A DNA stretch of 64,000 bases from Balanoglossus misakiensis (lineage: Eukaryota; Animalia; Hemichordata). Positions 39,528 to 51,900 of this stretch are shown here, piece after piece. Positions within the stretch are counted from its first letter, which is position 1; every line of letters starts with the position of its first letter. The translations under genes and the position numbers were made by a program. The DNA lies in assembly GCA_040954595.2 (NCBI GenBank), contig CM082582.2, forward strand, positions 13,762,154 to 13,826,153. The letters run 5' to 3'. A model generated the notes under the pieces. That model had not been told where the DNA came from and searched no databases. It saw only the letters and a program-made list of their open reading frames with translations.

Positions 39528-42500
39528 CTAATGTTTTTCTTCCAGATTACTTCTTGGAGTTGAAAGCCATGTGACATCTTCTGCCTAAAGATGTAAAAAA
39601 TATAAAGTGATGTCAAGAAAAAATTGTTTTACTGCTTGACACGTACACATTCAACCTTCGAGATGAAAATATAGAATTAATTCATATAAGCGATGTCTGC
39701 AAAATCAGTATAAAAACCTTCTGAACAAAGGATTAACATGTTCCTAAACTGGAGCTTCTACAAAACAATCATCAGCAAAATTGGCTCATATCACAATGTA
39801 AATTAACATGCACATGTATATCATAGTACAATATTCTAATCATCACAAAATGGCAGCCATATTGAATCATACAGCTGGGGCCAAGGATAGGCTGGCTTTT
39901 GGGTACTTACACTTAGTTTGTGTAACTTGACGACACATGATTTGGAAACAGGACCCTCCAAATGTTCTCTCATTGAGGGAATTGAAGCCACTCGTCTGGA
40001 TTGTGTCGTCTTTGTTACCATTTCAGGACTGTGACATGATACCGGGCTTTCACAGATGACTTCAGCTGATGACTAATAGCAGAAATTGATTATTTAAATG
40101 TACAGAAGATCCACTATTTGTTTTAAAATCACAACTCACATACATGTACTTGGATCATTTCAACTGATACAGAATTCATTGGAGTTGAAGGAACTAAGAT
40201 AAAATGTGTACTTACAGGAGAGTGCCGAGTGGTAACTGAATCAGGAACAACAAATGAATAGTCATCCTCACGCCTGGTTGTCAGGTTGTCCATCACTGTC
40301 TGGGAAACTTCAGTTGGTACATTCACACAGGGACTACCGGTATCAGTGAAGACCTGCTTACCAAAGCCTGTGGATATTAAAAATAGCGTCAAGGACACTG
40401 TGCTGCCATTTGCATATCACACCCAAGAAAATTTCATTTTCATGGGGTCAAAAATCAAATATGTGGCGGTGTTTTATCGACATGCCGACTTTGGAAGAAA
40501 TTGACAACTATGTGCAGACCACAGCAAAAGCAATGTCTCATGTATATACATTGTAGGCCTTAGCGACTTCTAAATACATTACCGGTTTGGGAAATGTTGC
40601 GACAGCTCAGCTCAGGTGAGGGCAGCTTTTTTCCATCAGGAGATGGTGTTGGAGTCATGGTACTCTTTGACATGAAATATGTGTAATCTACATCCTGTCC
40701 AAACTGTGTAGAACTATTGCTAGAGCTAGCGCGAGTCAGAGTACTGGTAACCTTTGAGGAAAATAAAAGACACTCACTTGTACTATTGTCATTTTCATGA
40801 AAGTTTACACATAGCCCAATCAAATAAAAATAAATTCATCGGTCAAATAAAATGGTATGGTGACCATCTCTATTTTGAAATATACTTTGCTAAATTTTTT
40901 GCTTATACTATAGACAAACCACAGGTGAAAAATGCCGACTCAGCAGTTTTCTTCAATTATCGACTAAATTCGCCGTCTTGTATTTTGAATTATCGGACAC
41001 ATACTGCGAAATCAAAACTACTCAAGAACTTAGAAGTAAACATATCTAACCTGTTCTGATTGCATATTTGTCAGCAGAACTTGCAATTTTTCATTTGATT
41101 CCAATGAAGGAAATGGACTGGGATCACCCTTTTGAAGCAACTTGTCCTTGAATGGAATGTTGTGAGGTGGCATTTGCTTATCATCACAAGAACTATGTTG
41201 TTTCTTCTTATTTTGATGCTTTTGCTTGGTATCAACAGGAAAGAAGCTGGAAAAGAAGAGATGGATGTGGAAATTCAGTAATACGCAAATTTTTATGGAA
41301 TCTCTTGTAGTGATGACTTTTGAAGACTGATGGTACATGTAGAGGGGTAAAATCATGCATAATGCACATACATGTACTTCCTGCAACACAAATATTATTC
41401 CAAGATTTGTATCAAATGCATGGCAAGTATTGTATAAGTAGCAACGTCATTTGGGGGTGACATGTCTTATCTATCCAAAAATACAACCTTCCCTCAACAT
41501 GTGGACTGACATGTTACCATATTAACCTGAAACAGTATATTCCCTTACCTCAGGGTTTGTCCTTTCTTGAAAGCATCAGCACTTCTTTTAGACACACGTA
41601 CTGAACCATCTCCATTCTTGACTGACACAGATCCATTCAGTACTTTTTCGGGAATCCTTGTAAGATGCAATTTGGGAACTAGCTTCAAGCCGAGGTAACC
41701 CCATGTGTTTCTTTTTTTCTCGGTGGTCTCTCGCAATTGCCTCTTCATGGAATTCTTCTGCTGTACCATTTCAACATGTTTTTTAGCTTTGTTGGACATT
41801 TGACAAAGCCTGAGTTGGTTCATGAAATGCACTTTTTTTATGTTTTCATTTGAATTGAGATCAATAGCTTTGCCTGAATCCTCTCTATGTGAGGATATCA
41901 CGGTAGAGCTTTTTGAAGACTTTGGCGAATCTGTCCCTGCTGTTAGTGACACTGCTTGAACAGCTTGCCTCCGAGTTGGGCTTCTGGATTCACGCACCCC
42001 TCTCATAATGGCTTCCTGTTTTGCAAGATCAGGTGTAGGAATGCCGGTCAATGCTTCTTTGGAGAAGTAGGTAGACTCTGGCAACAAAGTTGGCATATCT
42101 TCAATACCTTCCAAAACACTTCTTTGAGATTCTACATCCAGCACAGGCATGATTAGTAATTTTTTGGACTGTGGTTTTGTGTCTAGGTGCGGGCTGTCTT
42201 GCATAGCTGGATACCAGTTTACAGCTGTGGTTGAGGCTTCTGCAGCCTTCTTCTTGTAAAAATCAAATAGCAGACTGGTGCACCTTGGAGATTTCTTGGG
42301 AGATTTAGGACTCTGAAGTCTTGGAGATAAAGGTGATTGAAGCCCACCTTCAGGCAACTGGGGAAGATAACCAGGCAACCCACCACTTGCTTCACTGCAG
42401 TCCAAATTATTTCGCAAACCTGTTGGTGACTCTGGAGGGGTCCGGAAGGGAGATGATGACTGAAGCACACCTGAATTGTTCACAGATTTTATATTCACCA

Positions 42501-45500
42501 TAGATGACCTACATGATCTGTTTGGAGTAAATGGCTTGACTACAAAGTCTCCATCTGAGTCTTCAGCTGTGGACGCTAACGGTGGAGAAAAAAGTTTCTG
42601 GATGGTTGGATTTTGCAAATTTGGCAGGTCTTTCTCAAGTTCAGATCTAGGATTGTTATCATCATCTGTGTCTACCTCTTCTCTCTGGAGATTCTTGCTC
42701 CAAAGCCCTCTTTTTGAAGCAGTTGAAAAGTGATAATTATCTGTTGCATCAGAGTACTTGTGACGTTTCCTTGTTGGACAAGAGTCATTTTTTGTAAACT
42801 GACCCTTCTCACTTCTGGGCTGCATCTTTGCCTTGGCTCTCAACCAATCTATCCTACTTTCACAGAAGTCTTGACTGTACTGCTGCGGAGATAGTTCAAA
42901 GGAACTTCCACTTGACAGATATCTCTCCTCATGCATTGGAACTGTACACATGTTGAAATGAGGTAATACAACTGGGGATGATGATTCTCCAGAACTAAAT
43001 GCATCCCTGGCTTGCAACTGAGGTGCTTGTGGTAGAGATCCATCGACACAACCTGTTGGCTTATACAGTAGGCCATGACTTGATAATTCTTGTTCCTGCT
43101 CAACACTATGTGTGCCTTCTGCATCTGTGTGTATCCCTTGTTCTGCTTGTTCACTTGCAACGGAACCTGTTTCTTCAAAAGAAGATTTGCTGGCCCTAGT
43201 TTTTGTGGTAGGCAGATGTTGAAAGTCATCGTCACTGTGTTTATCCTTACAGGCTATCAAATCGAGCCAAGGTAATCCTTGTCCAGTTTCACTATCTCTG
43301 TGCAGAAGTGAATCAGTCCTAGAATAGCCATGATCATGAGATATTTCAAACCTTATTTCATGCAGCTTTGTTTTCTTCATTTCACTTTCAGAAGAATTTG
43401 TGGTTTCTTTGCGACTTATGGAAGCTATGTCATTTTCTGCACAGGTTGAAAGATCATCTTCAGTTAGAGTATCTACCACTTCTTTTGGCTTGTGTGGACT
43501 ATTACTCTTGGAAGTTGTGCTGGAGAGCCTGCCTCTGTGCAGACCCGATCTGGTCCTCCTTGTATAATAATGACCAGTATTATCTGCAATTTCTTCGGCT
43601 GCACCTTTATGACAGGCATCCTTACTGCGGCTTTTCTGTAGAAGCATGCTTCTTTCTCTCAGCTTCTTCCTCTTCTTTCTGGTAACAATGTCTGAACCGG
43701 TTTCAGATCTGCCGAGACTTTCAACATCTGCTTCCTTCCCAGAATGGGAATTCACAATGGCATCAGCATTGGACCCTGTTGAATGTTCTGCTGTGCCCGA
43801 ACGAGTTGCTTGATTATCCCGGGGTGTGTTTGGAATGACTGACTTTTCACTGTCCTCAGGGGTAGTGTTGGCTGGATCTTCGGGAACTGTTATGCTGTTT
43901 ATTTCAGGTTCTCCTTCTGTTGGTCTGTGAAGGACTGCATCATCATTTGTTTCTTCTGATCCTTCCTTCATTTGTTTCTTCTGGGATTCTTCACCCAGAT
44001 CACAAAGTTCAAAGGAACAAAGATCATTTGAACTTGACAAACATTTCACAAAGACCGTGTCAACCCTGTCAGTATATTTCTTCGGTGCTAGTAACCTTTC
44101 ATATTCCGAGCTATCCGAATTTTTGTTTCTCAGTGTCATGGAAGAACCCTGGGCAGCATGTTCAAGTTGGTAGTCCATACGTGTTTCACAAATCTTCATT
44201 TTCTGGTTTGTGTCATTTACGTTCGACTTCAAAGAGTAGGGACTTCTACACATGTCTATGATTGAAGGGTTTGCATTTTCAGAAGTTTCTTCATTGCCTT
44301 TCTTGCTACTGGTTTTTGAAGCATCATCTTTTTTAAGGCTACTGTTTCCAGCCAACCTCTGACTCCTTCTAGGAACAGCTTTGTCAGTTTCACCAAGCTG
44401 GGAACTATCATCACCACTATCAGTTGAGTTGGTGTTTTTATTCTGGGTTCCAGGGCATGTATGAGATTGGATTATTGAAGTCATAAATGCCAGCAGGTCC
44501 TCTTCTGAAGGAGGTCCAGAATCAAGTAATTTTACCAACTTTTTCACTGCAGAGGACGGGCTGCAAGTTGCTTCTGTAGAGATGCTAGAGTCAGGGTCTT
44601 TGGACAGAAACTGCAAACACAACATAGGAAATGATGTAGCTCTTTCTTAGCAGAATCGGAGAACAATATAAGCATGGGAAACTCTCAAATTGGTTGAAAA
44701 GCATGAGGATGTATTACCAATTCTTCTAATTAACACCACGACTATATTGAATACACACTATAAAAACGGTGGGGCTACTGCAGATTTTCAGAACTAAGTA
44801 AGCATGGCTTCCTACACTATCACGCTCTTACCTGCTCAACTGCAGTCTTTGGAAGAAATCGATCAATTTTCTCAAGATAATTTCCCACCAAATGCCTTAT
44901 GGATTGCATGAACTCAGCTCCATATTCAGTCTTCATCTTCGTTGCCATGAAAGTCTTCCTCTCTCGATCATTCATCAACAACTTCATGATAAACTGCCTG
45001 AAATACATCTGTTGTTGGTTGAGTTTGATTATTTCATCTTTATTCTGCAAGAAAACACAGTTCATAATCAGGTACTACGATTCGCACGGCCTTTCACAAT
45101 GCTTATGAGGCATGCTGGTGATGCAAATATTGCTAATTGAAATTTGAGTAACTACACTTAGCCAATCCCACCGACTTACCTCTGGTGAGCACTTGATCTT
45201 GATTCCCGACTTCGGGAAGAACTTGTTTAACCTGGCAATGGCTATAGCGTAGTCATAATTCTGTGAGATGGTATGCAGCATAGCCTGTAAAGGAAGAAAC
45301 CAAGATACATTAACAGCCATCTAAACGAATGTGACATTAATTTGCAGTGTCTGCATAAAAGAAAGTACTGGTATTCAGGGTTCTCACTATGCTGGTCGGA
45401 AGTGGTCAGGCCTGACCAGAACTCAAAGAATATTGCAAGGAAACAAAGGCTGCTAGTTGGCACTTTTGTATATTCAATCTAGTCTTTTGTCTTATTTTGA

Positions 45501-47652
45501 TACATTGATAACATGTATATTAATGAGTATGACTATTGATGAGCATGACTATTAATTAGGATAAATATTAATGAGTAACCCCTACTAAAGTCAACCTTGG
45601 CAGAACCCTTTATGTGCATTTTTGTACACTTCTGTACACCTACATGTAGATGAGACAAAAATGACATTTAAAAAATATGTGATGGCACATACCTTCATTT
45701 TCAAACCTATTATCATCTTGGTAAAATGGCGGAAGGTTGTGACACCAACACCTAATTCATTGATGACCATCAGATGATTGATCAGCTGGTGAAAGTACGA
45801 GATGTTTTCTTTCTTAATAATGCTCCATGCAGAGGCACAAAGTAGCCTGACATCAGGTACACGGTAATCGGTTAACTCATTAGCAATGTTCTCAGATAGC
45901 ACTGTCAGAGGAAAGAAATAACATAGAAACATAAGTTTACAACCTACCACCAGTATTCATAAACATTCTAATCAAAAGACATGTTCATATTTTTAACAAG
46001 TTCCTGTTAATGACAGTCCCTGCTGCATTAATAGATTAGGAAAACATTAAATCAAGTGTGCGTGTTTTTTTGTATGAGGCCAAGTTTGAGTTATATCTCA
46101 AAACATGATAAAAAATTGTAACAAAATAACCACATGGTGCCCATATATCAGACGGAAATGTAGGCTGATAATTGTTTTTTTTTTTACACACAGAAATGTA
46201 TGCAAAGGGAAAAAATCTGACAGAACCTCTGTGTCATTTTACGTGCAAAAGCCTTACCTAAAATGAAAATGTGAGGGCATCAACTACCCCCACGGCTGAC
46301 ATAGCTTGTCCACACACGTTAATTTAAGTCAGCCCCAGGTCAACGCACCATGCCCACATTGGTCATTTATGTCGACCCAGGCCCAAACTGGTGCTACACC
46401 TAAGTAAACTGTACAGTCTGAATGTCACTTGGTACTGTAAAACACTTTATTTTCGCGAGTTGAAATTTTTGCGATATCGAGAGAGGCCACTGTTTCGCGA
46501 GTATAAATAACGTTCTCTTACTTCAATCACTGCATCATTATCTTTAAAAACATTTACGCGACTTTTTATTTTCACGCTATTTTGGCTCTTGCGTATTATG
46601 CGAAAATTTATCGCTCGTGAAAATAACATGTTTTACAGTATTTACATGTACTCCATGTATGTACTTGTAAACAAGTAAATGTGAGCTACATGTACCCCTC
46701 TGATACACCTACTGTAAGATTGCGGAAAAAAGGTTCTGATGGATAAAAATGTGCTCTTTCTCTCCTAAAATTCATGAAAGATGATTGTACAAACGAAAGT
46801 TGTACTCAGTAGTGCTGCACAGCTTTTGGATCTGGTTCACTTAGTGGACACGACTATACCCCATGGGCGATACCATGGTTTTTAGGGTTAGGGTTAGGAG
46901 GTTTAGGGTTAGGGTTAAACTCGCCCTCACATTGCCACCCCTAACCCTCCTAACCCTAACCCTAACTCACCCTCATTGCCATGGTATCGCCCATGGGGTA
47001 TAGTAGTGTCCACTAAGTGAACCAGATCCCAGCTTTTCAAGGTCAATTTTGTCATGCAATGTATTGCTCCCCTTTTCTAGCACTTTTAAAGTAAACAAGT
47101 TTAATATACTAGTACTATCAAAACAGAGTAATAGTAGCGATGCCACCTACTTAGTGAGATAACGATTATAAAGGAAAAGATATGTCGTGGAATTGCCTAG
47201 GAGACACTCGCGACGACCAATTTATTTGTCAAACAAACTTTCCCTTTGTCCTTCTTGCCCCTCGTCAGTCTTTTGTTTACGAATGTCAACAGGAAGACAG
47301 GATATGATAAATGCGACATTTTCACAGGCGCGTTAGACATGAGCATTGACCAGTCAGGTCCACCGAGAGAGTCGTACTATAACCGATCCTAAAGAGCATG
47401 TACAATTATATTATCAGTCAGGGGTAGAGGAGGATTCGACGCGTTGTTCATTCCTAACTCCCATCCCTGTGACAGCAAGCTATCATATATTATATATCTG
47501 CTAGACGTACAGGCAATTGTACAACTCCGTGTTGCCATGAAAGTAGAAGGGTTACACAAATTATAAATGTACTTACAACGAATAACTCCATCCATTCGAT
47601 ATTTGCAAGCGTAGTCCAAAATCCAACCCTCCACTTGAAATACATCTGCCAT
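39528..47652 (-). CDS. TINF2: TIN2/TINF2-family protein (N-terminal TINF2_N/TRFH-like domain plus ~1,200 aa low-complexity region), ~1,466 aa, 10 coding exons
   Basis: Phase-consistent exons 47577-47652, 45693-45901, 45180-45284, 44832-45044, 41549-44610, 41051-41246, 40583-40751, 40216-40367, 39911-40072, 39528-39584. VRLLCASAWSIIKKENISYF...FRHFTKMIIGLKMK and FRQFIMKLLMNDRERKTFM...EYGAEFMQSIRHLVGNYLEKIDRFLPKTAVEQ match the TINF2_N pattern (LRL.SAA.W.V...; F..LV..LL.D..ER..F....F..EYG..F...L..L..E.L.RL...LP). Strict orthology not proven. Confidence 0.8.
46435..46638. mobile_element. MITE with TA target-site duplication (Tc1/mariner-type), 204 bp
   Basis: TA|CTGTAAAACACTTTATTTTCGCGAG ... CTCGTGAAAATAACATGTTTTACAG|TA: imperfect ~25-bp TIRs flanked by TA; no ORF. 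Confidence 0.8.
46828..47029. mobile_element. MITE, 202 bp, 51-bp TIRs, 8-bp TSD, with internal inverted telomeric repeats
   Basis: TIR GGATCTGGTTCACTTAGTGGACAC(G/T)ACTATACCCCATGGGCGATACCATGG at 46828-46878 and inverted at 46979-47029 (1 mismatch); identical CAGCTTTT at 46820-46827 and 47030-47037; TTAGGG tract ~46882-46916 and CCCTAA tract ~46939-46966. Confidence 0.93.
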
Positions 47653-47998
47653 GATTGCAGTCGTTAGCTGTCGACCAAATCCCAGCCACTTAGCGAACGG
47701 AAGTGTATAAAGCGAATGGATGTCGTCCTTCGCCGCGCCAGCCGACTAGCTATATTCGCTGTTACAAGCGATACATGTTAACAGATGCTAAATTGGAACG
47801 CGGCGATAGTCATTGTTATGCCAACTGTAAATGAAGGCTTTTCTCGGCCTTCGAAATGTCAACCAGTTTAGTAAAGGCTGTACCGGAAGTGACAAAACGT
47901 TCTTCAGCCTGAGTACTTGCGCATGCGTACAAGCACAGTTTCTTATCTCCCTTTTACCCACAATGCATGTATCGATGATGCAAAAAAAAAAAAAAAAA
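47653..47998 (-). promoter_or_regulatory. CpG-rich housekeeping-type promoter of the TIN2-like gene
   Basis: ETS/GABP-like CGGAAGTG at 47698 and CCGGAAGTG at 47883, NRF1-like TGCGCATGCG at 47918, poly(dA) tract 47982-47998. Confidence 0.5.
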
Positions 47999-48310
47999 TT
48001 AAAAGTGTTCCCAACGGAAGAAGCAGGGGGGTCTGGGTAACCGAGACTAATTGGGCGAGATGCTTATTATTGGGTTTATATTTAGGAGCACAAGTGTTAC
48101 TGGGGTTCTCAAAATGGTTACTCACATCACAGTCAAAGGGGCTAATATTAAATATGTGCTAAGCTAGCGGCCTGTATACTCAAAAATAGGCATGTGTTTT
48201 TATAACACATCTCATCTGTAAATTTTTTGATTTGCCAATGTGCAGTCATGTGGAGTGTGTCAATTTTGCCTGACAGACAATAGTTCCGAAAACTGCTAAG
48301 CACCATCTGC

Positions 48311-48330
48311 ACACACACACACACACACAC
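48311..48330. repeat. (AC)n microsatellite
   Basis: (AC)10. Confidence 0.9.
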
Positions 48331-48949
48331 TCAAGAAAAATAATTAAGGTGACAATTTGCTGATTGTCTGTGCTGTATCATTTTGTGACTTTCTTTGCAA
48401 TTTGCCATGTACTGTATATTTAACCTACAAACTTTATATTATGGATGGGTATCATAACAGTTATTGTATTAGGCATGTTCTGAACATCATGTGCAATCAG
48501 ATGGAATTATGTAAAATAAAAAAAGCAATATGACAAACTGACCAGTGTATTCATAAAGTGAAATAATTTATTTTAAGGATCAGTTATGTAACAATACAAG
48601 TTCGGATAATGACCTTTTAAGATATGACAATTAATATTCACATTTTCCCAGTTCATAAAACCAAGCGGCCATTAAAGAGCAAAAAGTCAACAAATGCAAA
48701 TATCATATACGGCAAGTTTAAATTTGTGTAATTTGCACTACCAAATTTGATGAAAATTTCACATGTATTTCTAGTCAATAAACTACAAACTTAGGTATAT
48801 AGTAAATAATGAACTCTTGTACTATAGTTGTAAAGATATTTATTTGATAATCGTGGGACTGTACATACATCAGAGACTAGTTGAACTGAAAGACAGTGAT
48901 ATTTCCTGGCTACCCAGCAGCGGTCACCAAAGTCTCTTCTTGGAGATGA

Positions 48950-51900
48950 TCATAACTTACAAACTCTTCGTATTTCAAATTTTACCACTTGTTCCACATT
49001 TGATTCAACAACACTCCTCATTTCTTGTTCCAAACCATGGGATGTTTTCAAGTCCTGTATAAAGCAACAATAATCATTACAATGGCAACTGATGGTGCTG
49101 GAAAGCTTTTCATTTACTTATTTCTTAATATGAATTAAAATTTCAAGGTCAACAGGTTAATGCAAGGGATAATTTTTGATGTAAATATTATTATCATCAC
49201 ATTATTCACACAGTTTTTTATACGCCATGCAGGGACACTACAATTCTAAATGTCTCAGTTTGAAGAATGATGTTAGACATTTCACAGGAATTATTTCAAT
49301 CTTGGCATTTCTGTTGCAATTCTCACCTTTAAGAAACTCTTGCTGAGTGTGTAAAGTCTTGTTGCACACTGTTGGTAACACTCATGGTCTTTTGATATGC
49401 CCTGTTTCATCAGATTGATGTCCACAATGTGTCTCAACTTCTGAGAAATTCAATAAAAATAGAGTCATTGTCAGTAACATAGTCACACAAATTGATGTGT
49501 GTATTCATGACTCAAGTCATGCTGTATCTTTATTTCGACATTTAATCAAATTAGTTTAGAGATGTTGGAATAAGGCTTTGCAGCTAAATAGCTGTCTAGT
49601 AGCCTTACTGGATCATATCACATTCTTACAAAGTACACCATAATTTGCATCATTTCATTGGTGCAACTGAAATTGGTTACAACTAAACACATACATGTAT
49701 TTTTGGCCATGATGACTGGAGCAGCCATGTATAAAGTCCAAGGTTCCTTTTTCAGTTGCACTCGAGAAATATAAGGCCCTGTCTGTCTATACTCACTCTC
49801 TTATGTCTTTCTGATCTTGATTCCACCTTGGAACCAGCACTGGCTGATCCAACAGATGCAGCTCTCTCATGTGACCTTTGACCACTTGATTTTCCAGGAC
49901 CACTTACTTCCTTCTTAAGGGCAGCAATCCTCGGTATAGATGCTCTTCTCGGACTGCTTCTAATGGGTCTGGTTCACAACAAAACATAGCAAATTTGGCA
50001 TTCTTGCAGCAAAAATATACAAATAATTGTCATTGTACATTCCTGTCTTCTGTAGTGTAAAAGTGTATAACACTTGATCACTCAGTTTTTGAGCATGGAC
50101 AGACCAGTAGACCGACAATGTGCCAGTTCCGCGGCCCTACAACTTCAGGGAGTCTGACACATTCTGTTTAAACAAACATATACCTTTTAGGTGCAGTGTG
50201 GCCCTTAGGAGTTGTCTTTCTCTTTCTTTTCTGAGAAGTTGGAGTTCCTGGCACAGAAGACGTAGACTCTCCTGATGACTTTATAGGACATTGTGCATCA
50301 TCGTCTTTGGGTGATGATGCAGTTGCTGGACTAGGAGCAAGCATTGCCATGGTTGCTGGAGAAGATGCTTGATCTAGGGTACATGTGGAGGATGTTTCGT
50401 GTGTGATGTAACGAGACTGTAAATTATTCAGGCGTTCAGTCATCTGCTCTGAATTACGTGATTCTAGACAATAACTGAATGAGAAAAAAATTGTTACTAA
50501 GCATCAAAGTTAAGCTAGGTGTGCTGAAGGCCATGCAATAGTATCAGCAACTTCACTGCCATCTGTTTATCTGTGCATTTATTTAGAGTGAACAATTATC
50601 TGCAAATCTGTTCGACTTTTCATTTTATTTATCTGTTTGAAGAGAGATTTGTATGGACTATACTGTAACTATAGTGTAAGTGTGGATTGTTGCAAACTTT
50701 TAAATATTAAAATTTAATCATAAATCAGTAATGAATAACTAATTAGTTAATAGAGCTGCATGATATTCATGTTGTATAGTTGTGATTTGACAACTTGGTA
50801 CAGAATTAAGATTGCAAGAGAAATACCCACTTGATGCCATGGTAACTCAGCCTTTTAGCTTCTTTGAATTCAGCCTTTTTCAGTTCTTCAGATGTGATTG
50901 AAGACATGGATGGTTTGTTTGCCATTCCTTTGCCGCTGTTGCTATCGGATACACCAACAGGTGAAAGGTCACTGTTCACTGCTTCTCCAGAACTTTTGAA
51001 ATACTTCAGGAACTCCCTGACATCAAGTCTCACAGCTGAAATGTTTTAAAAATAATAATATTAATAATATAATATTCATTCATTAGAATGGAAGTCACCT
51101 AACATTTTGAACTACATCATTACAATTTCAACAACCCCAAATGTTGGAAAATGATTTATAGAACGAAAATGACACCAAACACAATGGCAAACAAATATTT
51201 GTTGTTAGTTGACATCACAAAAATTATCAAATTGAACTTACAGTCATCTTGTTGTGGGGCTTTGATCACTTCACCTCTGAATATCATATCTTCGGTGTTG
51301 ATTCGTTTTAATTTTTTGGAGATGGATTCCTGGTTGACCAATGCCTGTCTCTCTGGCCACTCTGATGGACTAACATCCAGTTCTATAAACATATTGACAT
51401 ATTATGGTCAAAGCACATTCCAAATTTATCTTGCTAACACAAACAAAACAGAGGGTGGGTGCGTTCCACCCAAATGCAAACTGATACGCAGTGGTATATG
51501 AGAGAACTCTGGTTGATACTATTAATCACACTTACCAGATGGAATGTAATTCACATCAATTGGCACTTTCTTCATGTCTTTGACTTTATATTTTCTTTCC
51601 ATCTTTTGTATACTCTTCATATAGTGTCTTTTGGCAGTTTCAAGCAGATTTATTAATTCTGAATGAGTTATTTGGAATCCAAGGTTCTCTTGTTGTCTTT
51701 TCTCTGAGTTGAAAACCCCCCACAAAATATGTAAATATATAATGTCAGTAACATCAGAAAGTCACTTTTCAAGCGGTGAGAACATTCACACAAAAATGTA
51801 TAGAGGTGGCCACTAACACAGGTTTGACTGTTTAACTAACCAATCCACTGTTGCAATGCCACAGCTTGCAAAGCTTGCACTTCAGTTTCCATTTTCTGTA

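Noticed and set aside
41956-44261. Short antisense and alternative-frame ORFs over the large TIN2-like exon
   Set aside because: Shadow ORFs of a real coding exon with no independent motifs.
46882-46966. Relic telomere-telomere fusion or telomerase RNA template
   Set aside because: The head-to-head repeats sit inside 51-bp TIRs with a perfect 8-bp TSD, i.e. a transposon insertion; no pseudoknot or H/ACA context seen.
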